Shown: positions 1 to 11,306 of the stretch, one piece after another
How the letters are laid out: each line of letters starts with the position of its first letter
Numbering within the stretch: position 1 is the first letter of the stretch
Assembly (NCBI GenBank): GCA_040954595.2
Contig: CM082596.2
Coordinates: 8,631,124 to 8,695,123 of the forward strand
DNA from: Balanoglossus misakiensis
Lineage: Eukaryota; Animalia; Hemichordata
Length of the DNA stretch: 64,000 nt
Reading direction: 5' to 3'
Notes under the pieces: model-generated
Told to the model about the DNA's origin: nothing
Databases searched by the model: none
The model's input: the letters and a program-made list of their open reading frames with translations, nothing else
Translations under genes and position numbers: made by a program

Positions 1-1695
1 GCAACTGAGGCTGAATTAGAAAACAAGTGTGAACTGAGTGGCTGCAATGGAGGCGGATTTGTCTGTGACATAGCGAATTCCATCTGAGGGAGAAGTGACG
101 TACGATTCGATGGCTGCAAGTGTGGCGGAATAGTGTGCACCTGTTCTAACATAGGTTGGCTCGCCCACTGTGGGTTGTGAAGACTGTGTAATGGTGTCTG
201 TTGTGCTGACAATCAAAGGTTGGTAACCATGGCTAGGGTAGTGTAGATTGCGCGTCCAGTGGATCCATCTGTGTGAAATCTAGCTGAATGCAGAGACGAT
301 GGTTTGGTAGGGGTCTCAACTGTGGAGCTCGCAATAGAGCGATCTGCAACTGCGGCGGAAAGTCAGTTGGGATGTAGGTGTCGGTGAGTCAGCCTGTGGG
401 TTGCTTTTTTGGTTTGTATGGACATTCACTTGGTGGGTGTGACAGTTGAAGGTCGCGGATACGCAAACAGAAACGACAGATGTGATGTTCCATTATCCCT
501 TCCTGGTTGTTGTGGTCATTGTTGAACTTACATTTTCCAAGCTGGTAGTCTGCACAGTATCTGGGGTTTGTCTTGTATTTGTAGCTGGTGTTGGCTCTCA
601 TAGGGGCTTTGGTCAACTTGATATGTAAACATCTGGCTTTCTCCTTGGTGAAATCATATTGCCATGTGTTTTCCCCAGTCTCGATAGAACGCAGGACTGC
701 ACAATGGAGCTCCCTGACATCGGCCCATTGGTAAATTTCTGCTAGGTGTAATAGTTCTATAAGGTGATCAGTTCTGGCAAGTCTGGTGGCAAGTGGCTCT
801 ACATGGTGGATGATGTATAGTTCTCCACGTACTAGTGCTGGCATTGACAATGTGGCATATGATTGGTCATCAATGCTGCTGTCGGACTTGTGGGCATATT
901 CGTGTGGCCATGGAACTTGGTAACGCACTTGCTCGCTGGATCTGCGAGCCACACCAGACTTGGGCTTTTTGCGATTGTGGAGTTTACGGAAGGTTTTGTA
1001 GTGCTGCTTACCTCCCTGCTCGAGCTGCGTGGCAGAGTCTGAGTCTGTACAGGATGACGAAGATGCTGAGGAATCTGTGTCAAACATCTTGGTATGGTGC
1101 GAGAGCAGCATTATGGCGAAGAGATGTAATGGTGGGCTTGTCCTGAGAATCCTCCATACCTGTAGGCGGTTTTGCCTTCAACTTTTCATTTCTCGCTAGT
1201 TCTCTCTTTAATTCTATTTCAATCTCCAGCTCTTCATTTTCCTTCTTAATCGCCTCTAGCATTTGCTTTTTAGGGCTGATAATGTCTCGATTACCTTCGC
1301 TGGTGTCCGGCTTAGACCATTCTGTCTTGATTGTGTCCTTTGTATTTTTCAAGTGGTCAGATGGTGTCACACTTGAAGTGCTGGCGTGCGTTTGAGGCGA
1401 CGATTTGTGGTCCATCTCGAAGGAGTTGTCCTTGTTTTCTCTACAGAGGTGTCCGGAAGGTCCTTTGTGGTGTTTCAAGTAGATAAGACAGGTTCTGCAA
1501 AGTCTTTGCGGCCTAGATGACATCGGATTGCAAATTGAGATTGCTCAGAAAATGTGACTGGTAACAAAATGGCGTTCTGCAAGGCATCATGGGAGATAAA
1601 GTCAAACCGCGGGAGCTGCCACTAGAGGGCTCTCCCTATCATAACAGCAATTAACCAAATTTTCAGCAAGAGACTTGCTATCAAATTTTACACAA
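1..1695 (-). mobile_element. 5' part of a YR (Ngaro/DIRS-like) retrotransposon inserted in an intron of the ankyrin exon array; continues beyond the left edge
   Basis: Contains the gag-like ORF. The array intron sequence (TTAATTCTAATCAACAAAC) resumes abruptly at ~1696. RT and YR are not in the window. Confidence 0.55.
389..1523 (-). pseudogene. Gag-like ORF of a Ngaro/DIRS-type tyrosine-recombinase retrotransposon, frameshifted near 1085
   Basis: ORFs 1080-1523 and 389-1111 join into one protein: coiled-coil, Ser-rich tract, KSG, PWPH...VRG...HL...YQW..VRE.H..VL..IE.G..TW, and a C-terminal CCCH/CCHC knuckle (YCADYQLGKC...H...HICRFC...H...C). This layout is typical of ORF1 of metazoan YR retroelements. 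Confidence 0.65.
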
Positions 1696-3186
1696 TTAAT
1701 TCTAATCAACAAACAAACATACATGTATGTGTTTGTTTGTTTGTTTAAGGAAACCTCACATTACATTTCAATTTTTGTGACATTGTTCTCATGCTCCTCC
1801 TTCATTACTTACAGAATGGAGACACACCTTTGCACTTTGCACCAAGGGATGGCGATGAAGGCCGTGTCAGATTGTTATTGGAACACAAAGCTGATGCTAA
1901 CATACAAAACAAGGTAAATACAAACCTGACTTCTATAGGTTAATTCTAATCAACAAACAAACAAACATGTGATTGTTTGTTTGTTTAAGGAAACCTCACA
2001 TTTATACATTTCAATTTTTGTGACATTGTTCTCATGCTCCTCCTTCATTACTTACAGGATGGAAGCACACCTTTGCACTTTGCAGCAGCAAGGTTTGGTG
2101 ATATCGGTAAAGGCTGTGTCAGATTGTTATTGGAACACAAAGCTGATGCTAACATACAAAACAAGGTAAATACAAACCTGATTTCTACAGGTTATTGCTA
2201 CTCAACATACCAACATTTGTTGGTTTGTTCTGTTTATTTATTTAAGGAGATCTCACATTACATTTCAATTTTTGTGACATTGTTCTCATGCTCCTCCTTC
2301 ATTACTTACAGAATGGAGACACACCTTTGCACTTTGTAGCAAGGGATGGCGATGAAGGCCGTGTCAGATTGTTATTGGAACACAAAGCTGATGCTAACAT
2401 ACAAAACAAGGTAAATACAAACCTGATTTCTACAGGTTATTGCTACTCAACATACCAACATTTGTTGGTTTGTTCTGTTTATTTATTTAAGGAGATCTCA
2501 CATTACATTTCAATTTTTGTGACATTGTTCTCATGCTCCTCCTTCATTACTTACAGAATGGAGACACACCTTTGCACTTTGTAGCAAGGTATTGCGATGA
2601 AGGCCGTGTCAGATTGTTATTGGAACACAAAGCTGATGCTAACATACAAAACAAGGTAAATACAAACCTGACTTCTACAGGTTATTGCTACTCAACATAC
2701 CAACATTTGTTGGTTTGTTCTGTTTATTTATTTAAGGAGATCTCACAGTACATTTCAATTTTTGTGACATTTTTCTCATGCTCCTCCTTCATTACTTACA
2801 GAATGGAGACACACCTTTGCACTTTGTAGCAAGGGATGGCGATGAAGGCCGTGTCAGATTGTTATTGGAACACAAAGCTGATGCTAACATACAAAACAAG
2901 GTAAATACAAACCTGACTTCTACAGGTTATTGCTACTCAACATACCAACATTTGTTGGTTTGTTCTGTTTATTTATTTAAGGAGATCTCACATTACATTT
3001 CAATTTTTGTGACTCGTACTGCCCATCTTCTCCCATGGTCAGGTCCATTGGTTTTTAATGGGCAATTTGATGCTGTTCTTAGAACAAATGAGGAGTTGCT
3101 TAAACAGAAGTTGGCTGTAGAACAGTTAGCAGTAGCACAAGCTCAGTCTTCTGTCTCTGGGTCAAAGTTCACCGGCAAACGGAAGT

Positions 3187-5344
3187 TTGCTAGGAAGAGA
3201 CCATTTAATAAGCAAAGGAAGGGTCAGCCCTTTCGTCAGCAGGCTAAGCCCCCCAAAGGGGCTAGCAGCCAGCACAAGTGACTACACAAGTCAGGACAAA
3301 GGGGTAATGGGGTCACAATCTGTGACTATGCCCCAGACACCATTGCCACAAGTAGCAGTTGGGGGTCGTCTGAAACATTTTGCCCAGGAATGGCAGAAAA
3401 TTACAGACGACCAAACAGTCCTCTCTTTAGTTTCGGAAGGGGTTCGTCTGTTCTTCAGGACGTTTCCACCCCTTTCGTTGTATCCTCCAAGTCATTTGGT
3501 ATCGCACCCTTCCCCTCCTATGTGGAGGGCCATACAGGGGCTGTTGGAAAAAGGGGCCATTCAAAAGGTCCCTTTACCAGTTCAGGATACGAAAAATCAC
3601 AGGGATGGAGACCTATTTTGGACCTGAGCGTGCTCAATCAGTACATTATAATCGAGTCTTTCCGTATGGAGCCACTCAAACTATTCGTCAGGCTCTCTCC
3701 ACGGGAGATTGGGCACTGACGATAGACTTGCAGGACGCTTATTTCCACATTCCTATCCATGCTCACTTCCAGAGGTACTTTCGCTTTGCGATAGGGAGCA
3801 AACTGTTCCAGTTTGTGGCTCTTCCGTTCGGTTTGGCCACTGCCCCGGCTATTTTTACACGGGTAGTAGGGGCGTTGATGGCTTTCCTTCATTCCCGAGC
3901 AGTACAAGCCAATCCATACCTGGACGACTGGTTGCTACACAATTCCAGTTTCCAGTTGACACTGGCAGACACACAAACCACACTACGGGAGACCGTTCGT
4001 GTGGGGTTCATTCCGAGCACAGACAAGTCTTGTCTAATCCCCTCACAGAGGATCCAGTTCATTGGCATGGTCATGGATCTGTCCAAGGGTTTAGTTTTCC
4101 CTACGGAGGAAAACCTGTTGAAATTAGAACAACAAGTGCATCGGATCAGTTCAGAGTCCATGGTCCAAGCACACACATTGCTCAGCATCCTGGGTCGCAT
4201 GAACTTTCTAGCCGAGGCAATACCTTTAGGCAGACTACATATGAGGCCAATTCAACTGTTTCTGTTGGCCCATTGGAGGCTGGTATCCGGTCAGTTGACG
4301 GACCTTTTTCAGGTCAAGCCACCTCTAGTTTCACACCTGCAATGGTGGCTAGACAGGGGGAATACTCTCGAGGGAAACCCCCTAGTATCCCCGTTGGCGA
4401 CGGTGTCACTGTTTGTGGACGCATCTCTCCAAGGATGGGGTGCACACTTGGGAGACAGGACAATCTCAGGGATATGGTCAGTCGACCAGTCAGTGCGGCA
4501 CATAAATTGGTTGGAAATGAAGGCAGTACAGTATGCACTTCTCCACTTTCACCAAGACATTTGCGGCAAGGTGATTCTGATCAGGTCAGACAACACCACA
4601 GTAGTCGCATTTATAAATCACCAGGGCGGCACCAGATCACCCAGCCTGTGTTATCTGGTATGGGACATGCTGAATTGGTGCCAGGCGAACAGCATCACGC
4701 TGAAAGCACTCCACGTTCAGGGCACAAGCAACATTCTGGCAGATGCTCTATCACGGGACAAGTTCTATCCACTAGAGTGCGCTCTACGGCAACCGCTAGT
4801 AGAGCAGATTTGTCTGATTTGGGACAGGCCCCACGTAGACCTATTTGCGACAGCTAGGAATCGCAAGTTCCCGATTTACGCGTCACTAAGGTCGGAACCA
4901 CAAGCACTAGCATGCGACGCTCTGTCAATCAGCTGGAAGGGAATGTTGGCATATGCATTTCCCCCACTACCGTTGATCTCCAGGGTAATTTCCAAGGTAG
5001 CACACGAAGAATGCGAAGTAATTCTAGTTGCACCACTGTGGCCAACACGTCCTTGGTTTCCAAGACTACTCCAGTTACTGGTGGACTGTCCACTGACATT
5101 ACCACACAATTGCATGGAGGAGACTGTTCGGCTGCCTCCGGTAGCACAACACCTTCACTTCCACGCTTGGAGACTATCAAGCTCAGTTTGCAGGCAAGAG
5201 GCTTTTCTGCAGAAGCTGCCTCGCGCATTGCACAACACCGACGAGCATCCACCACGGCAGCATATGATTCAAAGTGGTGTTCCTTTCGTCATTGGTGTGA
5301 GAAAAGGTCGATTGATTTTCTCAGACCCACGCCTCCTCAGCTAG
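3187..5344 (+). pseudogene. DIRS pol ORF: reverse transcriptase, RNase H, DNA N6-adenine methyltransferase-like domain; frameshifts at ~3585 and ~3672
   Basis: GGRL..F...W, WRPILDL, IDLQDAYFHIP, LPFGL..AP, YLDD. RNase H: VDAS..GWGA, HINWLE, SDNTT, N..ADALSR. MT-like: DLFA...N...DAL...W...YAFPP. Confidence 0.9.
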
Positions 5345-6237
5345 CAGATTTTTTCCTCTATTTGTTTAAGGAGAAAAAGACAGCAGTGAGCACTATTAAG
5401 GCGTACCGTTCAGCTATAGGTAACACACTTCGATTGTTGGGTGAGGAAGTTACTACCCTGGACGGCTCTATTTCTGCTTTGATTAGTAATTTCTCTTTGG
5501 CGCGACCAGTTGTCAAGTCACTGGTTCCCCAGTGGAGTTTATCTTTGGTTCTACATGCTTTATTAGGAGCTCCATTTGAACCTTTGCAAACAGCAGAGTT
5601 GAAGTTCTTGACGTACAAGACTGTTTTTCTTTTGGCATTAGCTACGGCAGGTCGCCGTAGTGAGCTTCATGCCCTGTCTATGGCTTCAGCTCATATTCGT
5701 TGGTCAGCAGACAGTGTCACTTTGCTTACTGACCCAGCTTTCTTGGCAAAGAATCGGATTGCGGATCTGCCACAATCGCCTCTGGTTATTCCGAAACTGA
5801 CGAAGTTAGTCGGTCAGCGTTCAGAGGATAGGTTGCTCTGTCCTATCAGAGCACTGAAGTATTATTTGCAGAGAACAAAAGACAGGAGGGGAGAGCAGAC
5901 AAGACTGTTTATCTCCATTAGGGTTACACCCAGTATGTCTATTTCACAGGCGACTATTTCCAGATGGATCGTCGAGACTATTAAGTTTGCTTATTCTAGC
6001 CCTTCAGAAGAAGCAATTAACTGGGCTAAGGTGTCAGCTCATGAAGTCAGAGCTCTTGCTGCTTCATGGTCACTTTTTTCAGGGACTTCCATGGCTGATT
6101 TATTGTCTGCAGTCCAGTGGAGATCACAAACTACTTTTTCCTCTGCTTATCTGCGAGATATGGCAGCGGAAGCAGATGGCTTATTTTCCTTGGGTCCTAT
6201 CTGTGTAGCTCAAAGGGTAGCTCACAGTAAGTATTAG
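4912..6237 (+). CDS. DIRS tyrosine recombinase
   Basis: SAM-like N-domain (STTAAYDSKW..F..WC) and catalytic R (GRRSEL), LCP.RAL, HEVR, W-S..TF...Y. Confidence 0.92.
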   Translation: MRRSVNQLEGNVGICISPTTVDLQGNFQGSTRRMRSNSSCTTVANTSLVSKTTPVTGGLSTDITTQLHGGDCSAASGSTTPSLPRLETIKLSLQARGFSAEAASRIAQHRRASTTAAYDSKWCSFRHWCEKRSIDFLRPTPPQLADFFLYLFKEKKTAVSTIKAYRSAIGNTLRLLGEEVTTLDGSISALISNFSLARPVVKSLVPQWSLSLVLHALLGAPFEPLQTAELKFLTYKTVFLLALATAGRRSELHALSMASAHIRWSADSVTLLTDPAFLAKNRIADLPQSPLVIPKLTKLVGQRSEDRLLCPIRALKYYLQRTKDRRGEQTRLFISIRVTPSMSISQATISRWIVETIKFAYSSPSEEAINWAKVSAHEVRALAASWSLFSGTSMADLLSAVQWRSQTTFSSAYLRDMAAEADGLFSLGPICVAQRVAHSKY

Positions 6238-6307
6238 CCTGGTTCTTTCTGTTGGAATTTTGTTTTTTCGGTTCAAGTCCCACCGCCAGTTGTTCCTTGG
6301 GACTCTG

Positions 6308-6407
6308 TAGGCTATAGGTTGGATCAAAGGTATGGTATTTATGCCATAGAAACAAAAAATTTTCTATTTTCGTTTCTGTTAGTAAATACTTACCTTTGAT
6401 CCAACCT
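6308..6407 (+). other. DIRS internal complementary region (ICR)
   Basis: The right half is a 58-bp perfect complement of the element's 3' end. The left half repeats TAGGCTATAGGTTGGATCAAAGGTA found at ~6636-6660. Confidence 0.88.
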
Positions 6408-7187
6408 GATACCCACCCGCCTCCCCACACTTGACCTGTGACTGTTTTTCCATTATTCATAAATTTTGGATGGGTCCTCAGTGCGTGGGCAGCATAGTTT
6501 CGGCCTGAGCAGTTATTTCTCGTGCTGAGCAATACTGAATATTCACGGCTGGACAGGTGGTATATGTACTCGGTGAGTATGACGTAATCAGGGGAAAGTT
6601 TTTTATCTCAGCGGTCGTTAGAGGGCGAGATATATTAGGCTATAGGTTGGATCAAAGGTAAGTATTTACTAACAGAAACGAAAATAGAAAATTTTTTGTT
6701 TGTTTGTTCTGTTTATTTATTTAAGGAGATCTCACAGTACATTTCAATTTTTGTGACATTTTTCTCATGCTCTTCCTTCATTACTTACAGAATGGAGACA
6801 CACCTTTGCACTTTGTAGCAAGGGATGGCGATGAAGGCCGTGTCAGATTGTTATTGGAACACAAAGCTGATGCTAACATTCATAACAAGGTAAATACAAA
6901 CCTGACTTCTATAGGTTAATTCTAATCAACAAACAAACATGTATTTGGTTGTTTGTTTGTTTAAGGAAACCTCACAGTACATTTCAATTTTTGTGACATT
7001 GTTCTCATGCTCCTCCTTCATTACTTACAGGATGGAGACACACCTTTGCACTTTGCAGCAGCAAGGTCTGGTGATGAAGGCCGTGTCAGATTGTTATTGG
7101 AACACAAAGCTGATGCTAACATACAAAACAAGGTAAATACAAACATGACTTCTATAGGTTAATTCTAATCAACAAACAAACATGTAT

Positions 7188-7256
7188 TTGTTTGTTTGTT
7201 TGTTTGTTTGTTTGTTTGTTTGTTTGTTTGTTTGTTTGTTTGTTTGTTTGTTTGTT
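7188..7256. repeat. (GTTT)n microsatellite expanded in an array intron
   Basis: Direct reading. Confidence 0.95.
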
Positions 7257-9084
7257 TTTAGGAAGTACATTTCAATTTTTGTGACATTGTTCTCATGCTC
7301 CTCCTTCATTACTTACAGAATGGAGACACACCTTTGCACGTTGCAGCAGCGTTTGGTGATGAAGGCCGTGTCAGATTGTTATTGGAACACAAAGTTGATG
7401 TTAACATACAAAACAAGGTAAATACAAACCTGATTTCTACAGGTTATTGCTACTCAACATACAAACATTTGTTTGTTTGTTCTGTTTATTTATTTAAGGA
7501 GATCTCACATTACATTTCAATTTTTGTGACATTGTTCTCATGCTCCTCCTTCATTACTTACAGAATGGAGACACACCTTTGCACTTTGTAGCAAGGTATT
7601 GCGATGAAGGCCGTGTCAGATTGTTATTGGAACACAAAGCTGATGCTAACATACAAAACAAGGTAAATACAAACCTGACTTCTATAGGTTAATTCTAATC
7701 AACAAACAAACAAACATGTATGTGTTTGTTTGTTTGTTTAAGGAAACCTCACATTTATACATTTCAATTTTTGTGACATTGTTCTCATGCTCCTCCTTCA
7801 TTACTTACAGAATGGAGACACACCTTTGCACTTTGCAGCAGCAAGGTTTGGTGGTATCGGTAAAGGCTGTGTCAGATTGTTATTGGAACACAAAGTTGAT
7901 GTTAACATACAAAACAAGGTAAATACAAACCTGACTTCTACAGGTTATTGCTACTCAACATACCAACATTTGTTTGTTTGTTCTGTTTATTTATTTAAGG
8001 AGATCTCACAGTACATTTCAATTTTTGTGACATTTTTCTCATGCTCCTCCTTCATTACTTACAGAATGGAGACACACCTTTGCACTTTGTAGCAAGGGAT
8101 GGCGATGAAGGCCGTGTCAGATTGTTATTGGAACACAAAGCTGATGCTAACATACAAAACAAGGTAAATAAAAACCTGACTTCTATAGGTTAATTCTAAT
8201 CAACAAACAAACATGTATTTGTTTGTTTGTTTGTTTAAGGAAGTACATTTCAATTTTTGTGACATTGTTCTCATGCTCCTCCTTCATTACTTACAGAATG
8301 GAGACACACCTTTGCACGTTGCAGCAGCGTTTGGTGATGAAGGCCGTGTCAGATTGTTATTGGAACACAAAGCTGATGCTAACATACAAAACAAGGTAAA
8401 TACAAACCTGATTTCTACAGGTTATTGCTACTCAACATACAAACATTTGTTTGTTTGTTCTGTTTATTTATTTAAGGAGATCTCACAGTACATTTCAATT
8501 TTTGTGACATTGTTCTCATGCTCCTCCTTCATTACTTACAGAATGGAGACACACCTTTGCACTTTGCAGCAGCAAGGTTTGGTGGTATCGGTAAAGGCTG
8601 TGTCAGATTGTTATTGGAACACAAAGCTGATGCTAACATACAAAACAAGGTAAATACAAACCTGATTTCTACAGGTTATTGCTACTCAACATACCAACAT
8701 TTGTTGGTTTGTTCTGTTTATTTATTTAAGGAGATCTCACATTACATTTCAATTTTTGTGACAATGTTCTCATGCTCCTCCTTCATTACTTACAGAATGG
8801 AGACACACCTTTGCACTTTGTAGCAAGGGATGGCGATGAAGGCCGTGTCAGATTGTTATTGGAACACAAAGCTGATGTTAACATACAAAACAAGGTAAAT
8901 GCAAACCTGACTTCTACAGGTTAATTCTAATCAACATACAAACATTTGTTTGTTTGTAAAAGGAAACCTCAAATTACATGTTAATTTCTGTGACATGATT
9001 ATCATTCTCCTTCTTCATTACTTACAGAAAGGCAATGCAAGATCAATTCCAAAGATGTTAAAACGTTTGATTTTTCTACATTAT

Positions 9085-9835
9085 ATTTAAGCAATAAAAC
9101 ACCCCTAGCCATGGTATACCACGAGATTTTGACCAGTTCACGACATATACGCACGAGCGATAGCGATTATATTATGCCAGTATATTGAAACTTTGCATAA
9201 AACATTTTAAAAAGGCATTTTCTTTGACTATGATATATGACTGTGGTATATGACAAATATATCACAGTCACGTGTCGTGTCCCGACCAATAAAATAGCGT
9301 GATTTACACCATCAATATACTGGTATAATATAATTAAATAATAACACATGATAGCAAGGGCAATGTTACCCGAGCATCATGTGTTATTAATTTTATTACG
9401 CCGAACATTTGAACGTACATACACTGTAGAATAGAAGAACGTAGGGTTGCGTCCATGTCTTACGTTGCTGAGAATGTAAAATGTCTCGATCTCCCAAGAA
9501 CTATACCTATTTCGAACTCGGATAATTTTGAGCATACTGCGCTGTTGGTTGCGATTTTGGTGTATTTACTGTTCATTTGCGGTAAAATATCGTCCAGTTG
9601 AACAGGTATTAAGCCTATGTGTCGCTTTGAAGCCATATAGATGCGGGAGTTGACTGATCGTGAAGGAAGCCATTGAACGACAGTTTGGAACGCGCAGAAG
9701 TCGCGCGCAGAACACCAAAACAACCCAGTGGGCGATATCAACATAGGGCTTTTTTTTCTCTATATGTAACGTGAGCGCATCTCAGCCAATCACGAATACG
9801 ACATAATACATGAGGTGTAATAAACCACAATACCA
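9085..9835. mobile_element. Cluster of short non-autonomous elements with inverted ends, Crypton-like
   Basis: Inverted pairs TATATTATGCCAGTATATTGA / TCAATATACTGGTATAATATA, TAATAACACATGAT / ATCATGTGTTATTA and TTATTACGCC / GGTGTAATAA. No TSDs seen. The family assignment is by resemblance only. Confidence 0.35.
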
Positions 9836-9865
9836 CAATATTTGGAAAACATCATCAACCAAGCA

Positions 9866-11302
9866 TTTTTAGGTCCCATTGGTATGTACCATGGGACCTT
9901 ATGGGATGGGTTGCGTCTGTATGTATGGATGCATGTATGTATGGATGGATGTATGTCTGTATGTCCGTCCACATCAAAAACTTGAAAACCGCAGCACGTA
10001 TGACCTCGATATTTGGTGTGTAGATGCAGGCAGGGCTGTAGATGGGAGTTTGTTCAAATGAAGGTGTCATTGCCAAAAATATGCAAATTAGCTGGGAAAA
10101 TGTGAAATTGGTCAAAACTCGACATCCACTGGTCATATTGATTTGAAAATTGGTATGCATGTACCTTATGTCAACCTCAAACAGTCCTGTATGTTTTGAG
10201 CTAATATTATCGATTTCCTATTTTTTATGCATTTTTTTTGTATTTTTCCATGTTATTGGTGAAAAGTCTTCATTTCTGAAAGTGATGGGCTTACTTCTTT
10301 GAAATTTAGTATGAAGCTTCCTTATAGTTGTCTGAGTAACCATAGTTTTGTTCAAATTGTTGCAAAATTTGCATATTATAATTTTGAGCAATATTTGCCA
10401 TTTTGGTCAAAACATTTTTTTCTTTAAAACCGCATGCCAGATTGCTTTGAAATTTGGTAGGCATGTTCGTAGGGGTAACCTAAGTAATATGTTGTAAAAA
10501 AATGTGATATTTTCATAAATGTGTTTTGCAATTTTTGTCAAAAAATGTTTTCTCTGAAACAGCTTGTCATATTGCATTGAACTTTGGCAGGCATGTTCCT
10601 TGTTGTGATTGAAGTAAGATATTGTACAATTTTGGTGATATTTTTCATATTTGTGTTTTTGCCACTTTTGAACAAATATTTTCTGTGAAAGTGCTTGTTG
10701 GATTGCTTTGAAATTTGTTTTTTTCTCTGATTGCTCTGAAATTTAGGATATAATTTCATAACACATACATGTATATGTGCAACTTTTATTCAATTCTGAC
10801 ATCAGAAATATTCAATATTTAGCAAGTTTTTTTGTAAGTTTCTTTGTTTTTGGTTAGCAAATCTTCTCCTAAACCATTTGTCCCGTTGTTTTTAAAGTTA
10901 CTATTTCCAAGGAGTTGTTACCCCGAACTAAGACATGTTTACATAACTTTAATAGGCCAGCTGTTACAGAGACCACAAGCTATTAAATTTTTAATTACCA
11001 GTGGCAGGTCAGTGTGTGTGTCTGTCTGTGTGTCTGTTCCAGGGCTGACTGAGAGAAGTTGCTTGTCATGTGTGTTTGTACAGACAATTGTTGGTCAATT
11101 TTTTTTTCTAGCACCACTTGTAAGACTGCCATGACACATGACTGTTTATTGGGCATGTTCTTTGATAATTTTTGTACATTCCAGATTTCTATATGGTTAG
11201 ATCATATCTGCTTGCAATGTCACCTGTAATTTTTATTCTGGTGTGTCACTGTTTCCGCACAATCCTCAAATGGGACCACAGTGTCCTTGACGCTATTTTT
11301 CT
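9866..11302 (-). mobile_element. HINE/DINE-1-like non-autonomous element, second family
   Basis: Reverse complement of 49553-50985 and 60197-61626. Terminal hairpin AGGTCCCATTGGTA..TACCATGGGACCT next to a (CATA/CAGA)n microsatellite. Confidence 0.75.
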
Positions 11303-11306
11303 AATA

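Larger units (their letters stand above)
3014..6701 (+). mobile_element. 5'-truncated DIRS1-like retrotransposon (gag remnant, RT-RNase H-methyltransferase-like, tyrosine recombinase, ICR, right ITR)
   Basis: Interrupts an array intron. Motifs are listed under the ORF features. 6350-6407 is the exact reverse complement of the terminal 6644-6701 (ICR). The element ends in GTTT with no TSD. Confidence 0.92.
1696..9040 (+). repeat. Tandem array (~245 bp unit) of intron plus single-ankyrin-repeat exon, 14 intact exons
   Basis: Each unit reads TTACTTACAG|exon|GTAAAT. Exons: 1815-1913, 2058-2165, 2312-2410, 2557-2655, 2802-2900, 6791-6889, 7031-7132, 7319-7417, 7564-7662, 7811-7918, 8065-8163, 8297-8395, 8542-8649, 8796-8894 (99, 102 or 108 bp, all phase 0). 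They encode NGDTPLH...G....VRLLLEHKADANIQNK. A degenerate acceptor lies at 9027. Confidence 0.93.

Noticed and set aside
1675-8823. The many 60-170 aa ORFs in the track (MLLLHYLQNG..., METHLCTL...) as separate genes
   Set aside because: They are read-through of intron plus exon units or off-frame translations. Splice signals define 99-108 bp exons.
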